DNA from: Pedobacter sp.
GTDB lineage: Bacteria > Desulfobacterota > Desulfuromonadia > Desulfuromonadales > Syntrophotaleaceae
Direction of reading: 5' to 3'
NCBI GenBank assembly: GCA_050253415.1
Contig: JBFWJC010000002.1
Location: forward strand, 416,001-480,000
Length of the DNA: 64,000 bases
Of this stretch, positions 1-10,963 are shown piece after piece. The stretch's first letter is position 1; every line of letters starts with the position of its first letter. Under the pieces are notes generated by a model, which saw only the letters and a list, made by a program, of their open reading frames with translations, had not been told where the DNA came from and ran no database searches. A program made the translations under genes and the position numbers.

Positions 1-60
1 CTTCTGGTGCTCGTGTTGGTGATCTGTCTGGTTAGCAAAAGTTGTCGCCGCCCGAAGTAG
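1..60 (+). CDS. 3' end of a probable membrane protein running in from the left edge
   Basis: Frame 1 reads LLVLVLVICLVSKSCRRPK then TAG at 58-60: a hydrophobic run followed by a basic tail. Confidence 0.45.
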   Translation, partial: LLVLVLVICLVSKSCRRPK

Positions 61-184
61 GGATCAGGATTTTTCGGATTTTAATCGCCCGGGAAAAAGA
101 TCAAAAAGGTCATCCGAAGCAATTTTTTCATGCTTCTGGTGGCCTTTTGGCGTCTGTGGTGCCGATTTGGACACGATGTGGCGT

Positions 185-2251
185 TCACTCCTGAAGTTTT
201 TCCACCTTGCACATGAAACAGCGATTGGACGGAGTGGCGGTGACCGGGTTACGGCAGGCGTCGTCGGTCAGGTTGTTGAGACTCAGCTGTGCATCGGCTT
301 CCCCCCAGCCCCAGGCGATGAGGATGGAGCCGACGTGCACCACTTCCGAAATACGGGCTTTCATGCGGATGGAGCCGTTGGGGGTTGAAACCTGCAGCCT
401 ATTGCCATCGTCAATGCCGAGTCTGGTTGCATCGTCGGGGTGGATATCGATGAATCCCTCCGGTTCCTGCTGCAGCAAGGATGGAATCTGATGGAACTGA
501 CTGTGGGTATAGCGGTTGCTGCGTTCGCCGCTGATGCCGATAAAAGGGTATTCCGAGGCGCGGTCGGCAAAGCTCAGCGGGTTGCCGCCAAAGCCCTTCC
601 CGAAGGGTACTGGTGGGAAGCCGTGTTCAGCGAGTCGGTTGGAGGAGAATTCCACCTTGCCGGAGGGGGTGCGCAATCCTTGTCGGCGAAATTTCTCGAA
701 GGCCACTGCACCGGTGCGCACACCTTGGGGGGCTTCGCGCAGTTGTTCCACGGTGACGCCAGTCGGCTCCAACTGATAGTTGATGGCTTGTTCAACGGTT
801 CGCCAGGGGAAGTCATCCTTCAGTCCGAGTCTGTGACCCAGCTCAAAGGTGATTTTCCAGTCCGGCCAGCTGTCTGCGATGCAGTCGATAACCTGGTCTT
901 GCAAGACAATCAGGTTGTTGCGTAAAGCCGCCCGGTTGAGCTGGGTTTTCTCGAAACACCCCGCAGCGGGCAACACGATGTCGGCCAGCCGGGTGGTTTG
1001 GGTGGCAAACAGGTCGATGGCCACCAGACAATCGAGTTTTTGCAGCGCTTTGCGTACCCGATGAGCATCTGTCATGGTGACTGCCGGGTTGCCGGACTGT
1101 ACGATCAGCATGTGGATGGGGTAGGGGCGCTCCTCCAAAATGGCATCGATCAGGGCGGATTGGGCGTGCAGCCCCCAGTTGGGGTGGAAGGTGCTGAACA
1201 AGGGATATGCGTGGGTTACTGGAGGTGTATCGGTTTTTAATCGCTCGGTAAGTTGAATGTTGCGCGCCGGCACCGGTTGTGGAATCAGGTCGCCGCCTGG
1301 CCGGTCGAGATTGCCGGTCAAGGCGCGCAGCATGCACACCGCGCGGGTGGCGTCGAATACCTGCAGCTGCATGTCGAGACCGTTGCCGTCGATGATGCAG
1401 GCCGGTGAGGTCGTTGCGTACAGGCGTGCGGTTCTGCGGATGATGGCAGGATCCAGCCAGAGATCGGCGGCGACTTTTTCGGGAGCAAAGGCCTGCGCGG
1501 TACGCCGCAAATCGTCCAAGCCGGTGCACCACTTGCTCACGAAGTCCTGGTCGTACAGCCCCTCCTCGATGATTGTGTGGATCATGGCCATGGCCAGCAG
1601 TCCATCGTGGCCCGATTTGATTTGCAGCCAGATGTCGGCCATTTTTGCCAGCGGCGTGCGTATCGGGTCGATGACAATCAGGCGGGCTCCCTGTTGCCGC
1701 GCTTGCAGGATGGCTTCAAAGGCCGGAGGACAGGTGTTCTGGTCGTTTTTCCCCCAGACCATGATGCAGCGCGATTCCCTCGCCTGGGGGATGGTCATGG
1801 CGCCGTAGGTGAACGTGTGTGCCATTTCGCGCGCGACATGGCACACGGAGCCGTTGCCGATGGCGTTGGGAGAGCCGAAGGCATGCATCAGGCGGGTGGC
1901 GTAATCCCAGGGGGCGCCCCAGTCGGCGGCCATGCCGCGCAACCAGGCGACGGATTGCGCCCCATGACCCTGTTTAAAATGTTGCATGCGTTCGGCGACG
2001 GCGTCGAGGGCTTCGTCCCAGCTGGCTTCACGAAAAATAAGCTGGCCGCGGCGGCGGTCCCTGATCAGCGGTGTGGTCAAACGTTTGGGGGAGTAGGTAA
2101 TGTCAACGGCCGCCTGCAGTTTGGGACACAGCAGTTGTTGCTCCGGTGGCAAAGAGGATTTGCGCCGCGCAGCGGCCAGTCTGCCGTCGCGGATATCGGC
2201 TTCCACGGAGCAGCAGGCGGAACACAGACGGCAGACGGTAGCCTTTTTCAT
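185..2251 (-). CDS. Molybdopterin (DMSO reductase family) oxidoreductase catalytic subunit with N-terminal 4Fe-4S site
   Basis: 688 aa. CRLCSACC...LCPK Fe-S motif, RLTTPL/ASWDEALD, IDP..T..A..AD, ADIVLPAA, TPSGKVEF, and C-terminal IHPDDA.RLGI molydop-binding domain. No Tat signal. Confidence 0.9.
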   Translation of the reverse strand: MKKATVCRLCSACCSVEADIRDGRLAAARRKSSLPPEQQLLCPKLQAAVDITYSPKRLTTPLIRDRRRGQLIFREASWDEALDAVAERMQHFKQGHGAQSVAWLRGMAADWGAPWDYATRLMHAFGSPNAIGNGSVCHVAREMAHTFTYGAMTIPQARESRCIMVWGKNDQNTCPPAFEAILQARQQGARLIVIDPIRTPLAKMADIWLQIKSGHDGLLAMAMIHTIIEEGLYDQDFVSKWCTGLDDLRRTAQAFAPEKVAADLWLDPAIIRRTARLYATTSPACIIDGNGLDMQLQVFDATRAVCMLRALTGNLDRPGGDLIPQPVPARNIQLTERLKTDTPPVTHAYPLFSTFHPNWGLHAQSALIDAILEERPYPIHMLIVQSGNPAVTMTDAHRVRKALQKLDCLVAIDLFATQTTRLADIVLPAAGCFEKTQLNRAALRNNLIVLQDQVIDCIADSWPDWKITFELGHRLGLKDDFPWRTVEQAINYQLEPTGVTVEQLREAPQGVRTGAVAFEKFRRQGLRTPSGKVEFSSNRLAEHGFPPVPFGKGFGGNPLSFADRASEYPFIGISGERSNRYTHSQFHQIPSLLQQEPEGFIDIHPDDATRLGIDDGNRLQVSTPNGSIRMKARISEVVHVGSILIAWGWGEADAQLSLNNLTDDACRNPVTATPSNRCFMCKVEKLQE

Positions 2252-2280
2252 GGCAGCCTCCTTGTTTTTCCTTCCGGCGG

Positions 2281-3219
2281 TTAGCGGTGGGCTTTAACGT
2301 AACAACTGCGGATCAGTTCAAAATGATTGGCATGGGTGCGGATTTTCCACCAGACATGCCCTTGCCGCTCGATCTGCCAGGCGGTTCGCAGGGCCTGCTG
2401 GTCTCCGCGCAGCAGGGCGGTAATATTGTCCAGTCCTCGCCCAGCAAACGGTTGGTTGGTTTTGCCGCCAAGCCAGTGGTGTTCTTCGGCCGCCTCCAGC
2501 GACCAGGAAAACGGGTCGGATACCAGGGCCTGGGCATCATTGCGGCGTGCGACGCGGTCCATTTCGGTCAAGTGCTGCAACGGACGGGGGAGTTTGTCCA
2601 CCAGATTGAGCGAGGCCAGGCAGGTAAAAATGCCGGAACGAAACGGCAGCGCCTGGGCATCCCCGACAATGAATTCGATGTTCTCGGAATGCCAGTCTTC
2701 AGGCAGTTTCAGCGTGACCTCGCGATTCAGCAGTCCCTCTTCCGGCAGCGATATGATTTTGCTACGCCGGGTTAATAGTTCCCGGGCTGCGCGGATAAAG
2801 GATTCGGATTTGTCGATCCCGATGACGAAGTCGCACTTGTTCTGCATTTCAAAGGCGAACCGTCCGACAGCCGCGCCGATATCAAGGGCCGGGCCGTTGA
2901 CGGGGGCGATCAGATCTGCCCACTGGCGGTATGCGTCAGAAGCCTCAGGATCGCCCAGCACATCGCCGTAATGGCTCCACAGGTAGGATGCCAGGGCTCT
3001 GGGGGATTCGTAACCGATGCCCTGTTGTCGTGGAGTCGCGGAAGGGGTATCCAGAAAGGCCAGCCCATCGCGGACCGGATACAGGCCACCGCACCGATCG
3101 CAGCGCAGCGCACCTTCCAGAATGTCATCCCGATCTTGCCGGTGGACGGTAGCGTCCAACGGGATTTCTTCGGGCAGGCACGCCGGGCAGACGAGCATCG
3201 TCAGTAGACGGCTTTTCAT
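2281..3219 (-). CDS. Trm112-like Zn-finger plus class I SAM-dependent methyltransferase
   Basis: Start re-set to ATG 3219 (MKSRLLTMLVCPAC). CPAC...CDRC..YPVRDG is Trm112-like; ALDIGAAVGR and GDAQALPF are SAM-binding motifs. Confidence 0.8.
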   Translation of the reverse strand: MKSRLLTMLVCPACLPEEIPLDATVHRQDRDDILEGALRCDRCGGLYPVRDGLAFLDTPSATPRQQGIGYESPRALASYLWSHYGDVLGDPEASDAYRQWADLIAPVNGPALDIGAAVGRFAFEMQNKCDFVIGIDKSESFIRAARELLTRRSKIISLPEEGLLNREVTLKLPEDWHSENIEFIVGDAQALPFRSGIFTCLASLNLVDKLPRPLQHLTEMDRVARRNDAQALVSDPFSWSLEAAEEHHWLGGKTNQPFAGRGLDNITALLRGDQQALRTAWQIERQGHVWWKIRTHANHFELIRSCYVKAHR

Positions 3220-3230
3220 GGGGAGTTCCT

Positions 3231-3599
3231 TTAAGGTAGTAGCCGGAACAGGATGGCGGAAACCAGCAGCAGCAGCCCCGCAACAAACAGAGTGTGCGTC
3301 ATGTAGGCCAGCCTGGTCGGTACCGCCTTGTAATCCTGCGCGATGACCCGCGGTGGCAACTGGTTGAAATTCTCCAGTTCCTGCTGCGATATGCCCAGCG
3401 GTACGGCGTGGTCCCTGATCTGTTCGTGCCGCTCTTTGGCCGCCAGCAGCAGATGTTTCTGAACATGACCGCACAGCATCAGGTAGGTGATACCAAGCGC
3501 CAGGCAAAGCCAGAAAAGATCCTGGTGACCGATGCCGTACAAAGCGATAGTGGCCAACGTGTAGACAATGATGCCGGTTCTGCGCAGCCAGACAGACAT
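3231..3599 (-). CDS. Small hypothetical membrane protein (about 3 TM)
   Basis: 122 aa, three hydrophobic segments, GAGGTG RBS upstream, co-oriented 11 bp from the next gene. Confidence 0.7.
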   Translation of the reverse strand: MSVWLRRTGIIVYTLATIALYGIGHQDLFWLCLALGITYLMLCGHVQKHLLLAAKERHEQIRDHAVPLGISQQELENFNQLPPRVIAQDYKAVPTRLAYMTHTLFVAGLLLLVSAILFRLLP

Positions 3600-3910
3600 G
3601 GACTCACCTCGGAGGCAAGGGGTTCAGGAGTTTGTTGCTGCTACAAAAATACCATAAATTCAGGCCTCGCCTATCTGGAGGCGCCACATTGTGTCCGTTT
3701 GCAGCACAAACGGCGGGATTATTGACAATCGTGAAGACTGGGTTCAGGATTGCGCTTATAGGCAACCATAAATGTGCAAGATCGGGGTGCAGCTGTCTTT
3801 GTAAGGTACTTTGAAATCGCTGGGGAAGTGGCCGGTTGAGGCTCTTGACAGCCCGGATGCCTACCCGGCATTATCGTAATATGATGAGCATTCGCGAAAA
3901 AATAGCAAGT

Positions 3911-4831
3911 ATGGCCGCAGTCTCACCGGTTGTCGGTCGTTTTGCGCCCAGCCCGACGGGAGCGTTGCATTTCGGGTCCTTGGTGACCGCAGTGGGCAGT
4001 TATTGTCTGGCCAAAAGTGCCGGTGGCTTGTGGCTGGTGCGCATGGAAGACCTGGACGGGCCGCGGGTGGTGCCGGGAGCGGCAGCGGAGATTTTGCGCA
4101 GCCTGGAGGCGCTGGATCTGCATTGGGACGGCGAAGTGCTCTACCAGAGTCAGCGTACAGCGGCTTACGAAGCGGCCTTGGAGAGGTTGCGCAAGGGAGG
4201 TCATGTCTTTCCCTGCGCCTGTTCGCGCAAGGAGGTATTGGCCAGCGCGCCTCATCGTGGCGAAGAAGGACCGATCTATGCGGGGAGTTGCCGCGAGGGT
4301 CTGCCTCCCGATCGCGAAGCGCGCGCCTGGCGCATGCGTGTGCCGCATCAAACGGTCGCGTTCCATGACTGTCTGGGCACGCACCATCAGCAGTGCCTGG
4401 CCAGCGAGGTCGGTGATTTTGTGCTGCGCCGGGCCGATGGCCTGTTTGCCTATCAGTTGGCAGTGGTGGTCGACGATGCGGAATCCGGTGTCACCCAGGT
4501 GGTGCGCGGTGCCGATCTGCTCAGCAGCACTCCCCGGCAAATTTACCTGCATCACTGCCTCGGTTATACGGTGCCCTGCTATGCGCACCTGCCCCTTGTA
4601 ATGGCCGCCAACGGTGAAAAGGTCAGCAAACGCCACGGTACGATTAAGCTGGATAGTGCCGGTGGCGGAAGATTGATATGGCAGGCGTTGCGGTTTTTGG
4701 GGCAGCCGGTCCCGGAAACGTTGCAAACAGCATCGGCCAGAGAGGTGTTGTCTTGGGGGGTGGCGCATTTCGACACGACGCAGGTGCCGAAGGAAGGTTC
4801 TGGGTGTCAAGGACAAGTGACTAGTGACTAG
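3911..4831 (+). CDS. gluQ: Glutamyl-queuosine tRNA(Asp) synthetase
   Basis: GRFAPSPTG.LHFGS, CAC...YAGSC zinc motif, YQLAVVVDD, KVSKR; no anticodon-binding domain. Start uncertain (3881 or 3911). Confidence 0.92.
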   Translation: MAAVSPVVGRFAPSPTGALHFGSLVTAVGSYCLAKSAGGLWLVRMEDLDGPRVVPGAAAEILRSLEALDLHWDGEVLYQSQRTAAYEAALERLRKGGHVFPCACSRKEVLASAPHRGEEGPIYAGSCREGLPPDREARAWRMRVPHQTVAFHDCLGTHHQQCLASEVGDFVLRRADGLFAYQLAVVVDDAESGVTQVVRGADLLSSTPRQIYLHHCLGYTVPCYAHLPLVMAANGEKVSKRHGTIKLDSAGGGRLIWQALRFLGQPVPETLQTASAREVLSWGVAHFDTTQVPKEGSGCQGQVTSD

Positions 4832-4862
4832 TGACTAGTGACTAGTGACTAGTGACTAGTGA
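4816..4862. repeat. Heptanucleotide tandem repeat (AGTGACT)x6 + AGTGA
   Basis: Read directly; perfect copies overlapping the gluQ stop codon. Confidence 0.97.
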
Positions 4863-4900
4863 ACAAAGGCCGAAACCCGCGAGGGTTTCGGCCTTTGTTC
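4861..4900. terminator. Hairpin between convergent genes, probable bidirectional terminator
   Basis: GAACAAAGGCCGAAACCC-GCGA-GGGTTTCGGCCTTTGTTC: perfect 18-bp stem with a GNRA loop. Confidence 0.85.
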
Positions 4901-4912
4901 TGATTCAAAAAC

Positions 4913-5731
4913 TTACCATCCTGCCGGCAGTTCGAAGGGAACGGTAAGTCCGGTGCGCAGGCTCCAGTCTTCGCTTCTGCTGACAAAGCCGACGGAGCCG
5001 CCCAGATCCCAGGTGAAGGGCCCTACTTGTGTCTGTACTCCGGCCCGCAGTGCACCGCGGTTGTTCACCGAGTCGTCCCCTTCCGTTCCTTCTATAGAGA
5101 GCAACGCGTCCATGGTGTCCTGCAGTACCGGAATGCGCACACCGACGCCGTACCTCCATACGTCGTCCTGTCCGTCGTTGCCGGAGCGCGGATCGCCAAG
5201 GATTGCCAGTCCGGCATTTACGTACAGTGTGAAGAGGGGGTAGTTGCGGGTAAACAGGGCATCGATGAAGATGTCGGCTTCGTCGGTGCCGAAATCATCC
5301 TCGTTGTCGGCGTTGGGCAACTTGGTGGCAAGGCGCAGGGCGATGGCCGGCAACCGCAGCGATTCCCGCCACAGACGGACCTTGAGGCCGAGGGTTACGT
5401 CGCCGCTACCCCATTTATCGCCCTGGCCATTTTCACGCAGATGCAGATAGCTGTATTGCAACTGTGCCTCCACCCGTTCAGCAAGACCCAGGTTGATAGT
5501 CAGAGACGGCACTTCCATAACGCGGCGGTCACGGTCCTCGCTCTGGAACTGGTTGCGCATGTCGTCTGCATAAGAAAAGCCGATGCGGAGCTCGGCCTGA
5601 TTTTTTTGCAGGAGTTGGCCATCCTGCAGGCCGGTTGGTTCGAGGCTGGTAGCCAGGACAGGGCCGGCGATCAGTAGCAGGGTGAAGGAAGTGAGAAACA
5701 TCTTGCGGATTGCGGCATATGGTGCGTTCAT
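4913..5731 (-). CDS. Putative outer-membrane beta-barrel (MetA-pathway/transporter-like)
   Basis: AGGAGG RBS before ATG 5731, signal peptide, G.GD..LG.K and KLP.A...FGT...D motifs, alternating aromatic strands. Confidence 0.65.
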   Translation of the reverse strand: MNAPYAAIRKMFLTSFTLLLIAGPVLATSLEPTGLQDGQLLQKNQAELRIGFSYADDMRNQFQSEDRDRRVMEVPSLTINLGLAERVEAQLQYSYLHLRENGQGDKWGSGDVTLGLKVRLWRESLRLPAIALRLATKLPNADNEDDFGTDEADIFIDALFTRNYPLFTLYVNAGLAILGDPRSGNDGQDDVWRYGVGVRIPVLQDTMDALLSIEGTEGDDSVNNRGALRAGVQTQVGPFTWDLGGSVGFVSRSEDWSLRTGLTVPFELPAGW

Positions 5732-6047
5732 GGAGAAATCCCTCCTGGGAAAAATAAAAAAGTCTGAAACAACGTCAATGCCGAGGAATTTAACTCCTCC
5801 GTTCATGACTGTCAACCGTCCAATAAGAGAGTTTTATTAATGTTCATTCGTGTGGCGGTCGGCGCTGGCAGCAGGCGGGAGGCCGTTGCATGTGCGTCGT
5901 ATGAGGTTTCTCCTTTGGCATGGGTCGCTTTTCGGCGACGGATGGTTCGCGTAGGAGTTTTAGTGCAGATCGCCACTGAAAATTTCCAGGGAATGTGTTA
6001 ATGTTCGACAAAACATGTGTCCAATCTATTCAAGGAGAACAGAGTCT

Positions 6048-6839
6048 ATGCGTCGAGTGCTGTGGGCGGTGTTGGTGGTTTTTGTGGTTGCGATATCCTC
6101 CGGGTGTGCCGGTGGGGTTTATAACGTTCCCAAGGATCAGTATCAGTCGATAGTCAAGACCTTGGGGATTCTGCCATTGATGGTCGACAGTGGATCGGAA
6201 ATTCGCCATCCCGAAAGTGGGCAGGTAATCGATTTGCTGCGTCGTAACAATGTCGGAAAAGAAGCCGTCCTGATTGAATTGTTGCGGGAGAAGAAGGCCT
6301 ACTTCGATGTGCGCGAGGTAACTGGAGAGCCTTCCGGGTTGTTGCGCCAGATTGCTGTTTCGCGTAAGGCTGCAGACGACGAGGACGGTGGCTATCTCTA
6401 TCGTTTTCGCCCTGACGCGGTGGCAGAGTTGACGCGGGCTTCGGCGACCGATGCGTTGCTGGTCGTTATATTCAATGGTGCACCGCGACAGGAACGGCGT
6501 TGGGACCGTACCAAAATGAGTTATCTGGATGCCGTGTACGACAGCGTGCTGGTTTCGGCGGCGGTGGTTCTACCATCGGGGGAGATTGTGTGGGAATATC
6601 GCAGCCCGGTCGGTGGTCCTTTCCTTAATCTGCAATATCCTGATTTCGATGAAGCTTACTACAATAAGACCGACCAGATTGCGACCAAATACATAACGGT
6701 TCCGGGTCTTGAGCGTACTTTAAACGAACCGGACAACAGTTGGTTCGGCAAGAGTCAGGTTCCGGTCCCTTATCACGAGTTATTCAAGGAGCTGGCCTCC
6801 GGGCTCAAGCCCGGGTTTTTGAACCCTTTTGCCAAATAG
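6048..6839 (+). CDS. Hypothetical lipoprotein
   Basis: AAGGAG RBS; MRRVLWAVLVVFVVAISSGC lipobox. Confidence 0.8.
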   Translation: MRRVLWAVLVVFVVAISSGCAGGVYNVPKDQYQSIVKTLGILPLMVDSGSEIRHPESGQVIDLLRRNNVGKEAVLIELLREKKAYFDVREVTGEPSGLLRQIAVSRKAADDEDGGYLYRFRPDAVAELTRASATDALLVVIFNGAPRQERRWDRTKMSYLDAVYDSVLVSAAVVLPSGEIVWEYRSPVGGPFLNLQYPDFDEAYYNKTDQIATKYITVPGLERTLNEPDNSWFGKSQVPVPYHELFKELASGLKPGFLNPFAK

Positions 6840-7300
6840 GCCCACTCGCAGGCCGCAGGTAAGCTTCAGGATGTGCCGAACAGGGTGCAGGGGACTGGCC
6901 GAGGACAGTTCCCTGCATTCCTTGCGTAAAAAGGCAATTAATCCATTGACAGACTGCATTAAACAAGGTAGATAGTATAGATATTCATCGTTCGATACTT
7001 CAGAACAGAAATCCCAAGCCAAGATACCTTTCGGAACATCATCCTGTAATCAAATAGAGCCTTTGTATAATTGCATAAATTTCCAATCGTTTGCCGCGGC
7101 AGTGCTTTTCCGCGTGCTGCATCCATAATAAGGAAAACCGTTCTACCCTTTCTGTAACCATTCCAATAGCTGTAACATCACGACGGTCCCCGTTGACCTT
7201 AACGACAGGCGAGGGTGGCAGGTGGCGTGCCCCGCAAGAGCCGGCAGGTATGACAACCTAGTAAGGCTTGTCATGATCGGCGTGCGGTTGAGGAGAAAAA

Positions 7301-8548
7301 ATGAATTTAAAAGAACTCAAAGAAAAGAAGATTACCGAACTGGCGGCCATCGCCAAGGAGCTCAGGATTGAGGGTGCTGCGGGGATGCGCAAGCAGGATC
7401 TGATCTTCTCCATACTCAATGGTACCGCTGAGAAAAACGGCGCTATCTTCGGCGAAGGGGTGCTGGAAATCCTGCCGGACGGATTTGGTTTCCTGCGGGC
7501 GCCAGACGCCAACTATCTGCCCGGGCCGGACGATATTTATGTTTCCCCATCGCAAATTCGTCGTTTCAACCTGCGTACCGGCGATACGGTTTCCGGGCAA
7601 ATTCGTCCGCCCAAGGAAGGCGAGCGTTATTTTGCTCTGCTCAAGGTTGCCGAGGTTAACTTTGAAAACCCTGCCGTCGCTCGCGACAAGACCCTGTTCG
7701 ACAATCTAACTCCTCTCTACCCCGAAGAACGCATTGTGCTGGAAGCTGCACCGGATAATCTTTCCATGCGCGTCATGGATCTGGTTGCTCCTATCGGCAA
7801 GGGGCAGCGTGGCTTGATCGTCGCGCCGCCGCGTACCGGTAAGACCGTGCTTTTGCAGAACATCGCCAATTCCATTGCGGTCAACCATCCGGAAGTGTAT
7901 CTCATCGTTCTGCTCATTGATGAACGCCCCGAGGAGGTTACCGACATGCAGCGGTCCGTCAAGGGCGAGGTTATTTCTTCGACCTTCGATGAGCCGGCTA
8001 CGCGTCACGTACAGGTTGCCGAAATGGTCATCGAAAAGGCTCGCCGATTGGTGGAGCACAAGCGTGATGTCGTGATTCTTCTCGATTCTATCACCCGTCT
8101 GGCACGCGCCTATAACACCGTGGTGCCTCCAAGCGGCAAGATTCTGTCCGGTGGCGTCGACTCCAACGCTTTGCATAAACCCAAGCGTTTCTTCGGTGCG
8201 GCCCGTAATATCGAAGAGGGCGGCAGCTTGACTATTATCGCTACCGCGCTGGTCGATACCGGCAGCAAGATGGACGAGGTTATTTTCGAGGAATTCAAGG
8301 GCACCGGCAATATGGAAGCGATTCTTGACCGGCGCCTGGTTGACAAGCGCACCTTCCCGGCCATCGATGTTAACAAGTCCGGCACGCGCCGCGAAGATCT
8401 GCTCATTGACCAGACCCAGTTGCAGCGATTGTGGCTGTTGCGCAAAGTACTTTCCTCCATGAACGTGGTCGACAGTATGGAATTCCTACTGGAGAAGCTG
8501 GGCTCTACCAAGAGTAACGACGAGTTTTTCGATACCATGAATCGCTGA
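7301..8548 (+). CDS. rho: Transcription termination factor Rho
   Basis: [30 protein letters not shown] Walker [11 protein letters not shown]. Confidence 0.99.
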   Translation: MNLKELKEKKITELAAIAKELRIEGAAGMRKQDLIFSILNGTAEKNGAIFGEGVLEILPDGFGFLRAPDANYLPGPDDIYVSPSQIRRFNLRTGDTVSGQIRPPKEGERYFALLKVAEVNFENPAVARDKTLFDNLTPLYPEERIVLEAAPDNLSMRVMDLVAPIGKGQRGLIVAPPRTGKTVLLQNIANSIAVNHPEVYLIVLLIDERPEEVTDMQRSVKGEVISSTFDEPATRHVQVAEMVIEKARRLVEHKRDVVILLDSITRLARAYNTVVPPSGKILSGGVDSNALHKPKRFFGAARNIEEGGSLTIIATALVDTGSKMDEVIFEEFKGTGNMEAILDRRLVDKRTFPAIDVNKSGTRREDLLIDQTQLQRLWLLRKVLSSMNVVDSMEFLLEKLGSTKSNDEFFDTMNR

Positions 8549-8793
8549 TGCCTGATGCCGTCCTCATGGATGGGAAGTCTGAAGCATTTGCGGTACAGCC
8601 AGGGTTCCATAGAGGGGATGCCGAAGCGCTGTTGGATAAAAAGATATGATTTGCCCTGCGGGGCGCCGGTCGCGGAGCGCAGAAAAGGCTTGCGGTCTGC
8701 TGTCTTAAATGTTAAAAGGTACGCTTTGCCTTGCGGTGTTCCCGCTTTATGTTTCGGCCCTGTACCAAGCCAGGGCAAAGAGGAGAAAATGTC

Positions 8794-9003
8794 ATGAAAG
8801 AAGGAATCCATCCTAAATACGAGGCGGTCGAGATCAAGTGCCATTGCGGTAATGTCTTGAACACCAACTCGACCAAGTGTCGCGATATGCAGATCGATGT
8901 ATGCTCGGCTTGCCATCCCTTCTTCACCGGTAAGCAGAAGATTCTTGATACAGCCGGTCGTATCGATCGTTTCCGCAAGAAGTACGCTAAAAACGACAAG
9001 TAA
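8794..9003 (+). CDS. rpmE: 50S ribosomal protein L31 (Zn-binding type)
   Basis: MKEGIHPKY...CHCG...[21 protein letters not shown]. Confidence 0.98.
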   Translation: MKEGIHPKYEAVEIKCHCGNVLNTNSTKCRDMQIDVCSACHPFFTGKQKILDTAGRIDRFRKKYAKNDK

Positions 9004-9009
9004 TTGCCG

Positions 9010-9040
9010 GAGACGGCCCTCCGGGGCCGTTTCTTTTTTT
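9010..9040 (+). terminator. Intrinsic terminator after rpmE
   Basis: GAGACGGCCC-TCCG-GGGCCGTTTC followed by a T-run. Confidence 0.8.
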
Positions 9041-9164
9041 CTTTACAGGCAGAAGCGACACAGTGCGTTTCTGCCCTGTTGCATTTGGACTACCCGCTAC
9101 CCGTTATACGTTGGGGCGCTGCGCGCGGTCGGAGGGCCGTAGCGGGAAAAGGTTCGGGGAAGCC

Positions 9165-9851
9165 ATGCTTGTACAACTTTTGACCTATACTCCCGAACCC
9201 GAGCGGTTGGTGGCTGCCGCCGCCCGGTTATGTTATTCGGCTTCTTCCGTCGAGCAACTGTATCAGCAGGACAGTGCCCGTCGCGAGGCGCTGCTCGCCA
9301 AAATCTTGTCTGTCGGCCATCTGTCCACGCTGGAACATGTTTCATTCTCTTTCGGCATTGAAGGGATCAGTCGCGCCTGTTCCCACCAGTTGGTGCGTCA
9401 CCGCCTGGCATCCTATTCTCAGCAGAGCCAGCGTTACGTCTCTCATAAAGAGCGTTTTGCTGCCGTGACACCACCTTCCATCGCTGCAAAACCCGAGCTT
9501 AATGCACGTTTTGAGGCGGCATTGGAGCAGGTGCATCTGGTTTACGGCGAACTTATGGAGGCAGGGATTCCGGCGGAAGATGCACGTTTTGTGCTGCCCA
9601 ATGCAGCCGAAACCAAATTGGTCATGACCATGAATGCGCGTGAACTGCTGCATTTTTTCGCTTTACGCTGCTGCCGCCGTGCGCAGTGGGAAATACAAGC
9701 CCTGGCGAAGGAGATGCTTCGTCAGGTGCGTCTTGTCTCGCCGCGTTTGTTTGCCGTGGCCGGGCCGGGTTGTCTGCACGGAGCCTGTCCCGAAGGAGCC
9801 ATGACCTGCGGCCGGGCCGATGAAGTTCGCAAAGAGTTTGCCGATCTGTGA
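9165..9851 (+). CDS. thyX: FAD-dependent thymidylate synthase
   Basis: GHLSTLEH, SHQLVRHRLASYSQQSQRYV, EDARFVLP, AQWEI. Confidence 0.97.
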   Translation: MLVQLLTYTPEPERLVAAAARLCYSASSVEQLYQQDSARREALLAKILSVGHLSTLEHVSFSFGIEGISRACSHQLVRHRLASYSQQSQRYVSHKERFAAVTPPSIAAKPELNARFEAALEQVHLVYGELMEAGIPAEDARFVLPNAAETKLVMTMNARELLHFFALRCCRRAQWEIQALAKEMLRQVRLVSPRLFAVAGPGCLHGACPEGAMTCGRADEVRKEFADL

Positions 9852-9892
9852 AGTCCGTCCGATAACCGTCTGGTGAGAGTGACCGAAAGTCA

Positions 9893-10963
<1,071 letters not shown>

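Noticed and set aside
185..2251. Acetylene hydratase call for the Mo/W enzyme
   Set aside because: The residue after the second Fe-S Cys is Ser (CRLCSACC), not the catalytic Asp as I recall it for acetylene hydratase; nothing else supports the call.
3220..3507. N-terminal extension of the 408-aa methyltransferase ORF
   Set aside because: Overlaps the upstream membrane-protein gene; an AAGGA RBS precedes ATG 3219.
4816..4862. CRISPR array
   Set aside because: Contiguous 7-mers without spacers; no cas genes or repeat-spacer pattern seen anywhere in the window.
8549..8790. Small ORF or ncRNA between rho and rpmE
   Set aside because: Only weak partial inverted repeats; no recognisable RNA family or protein motif.
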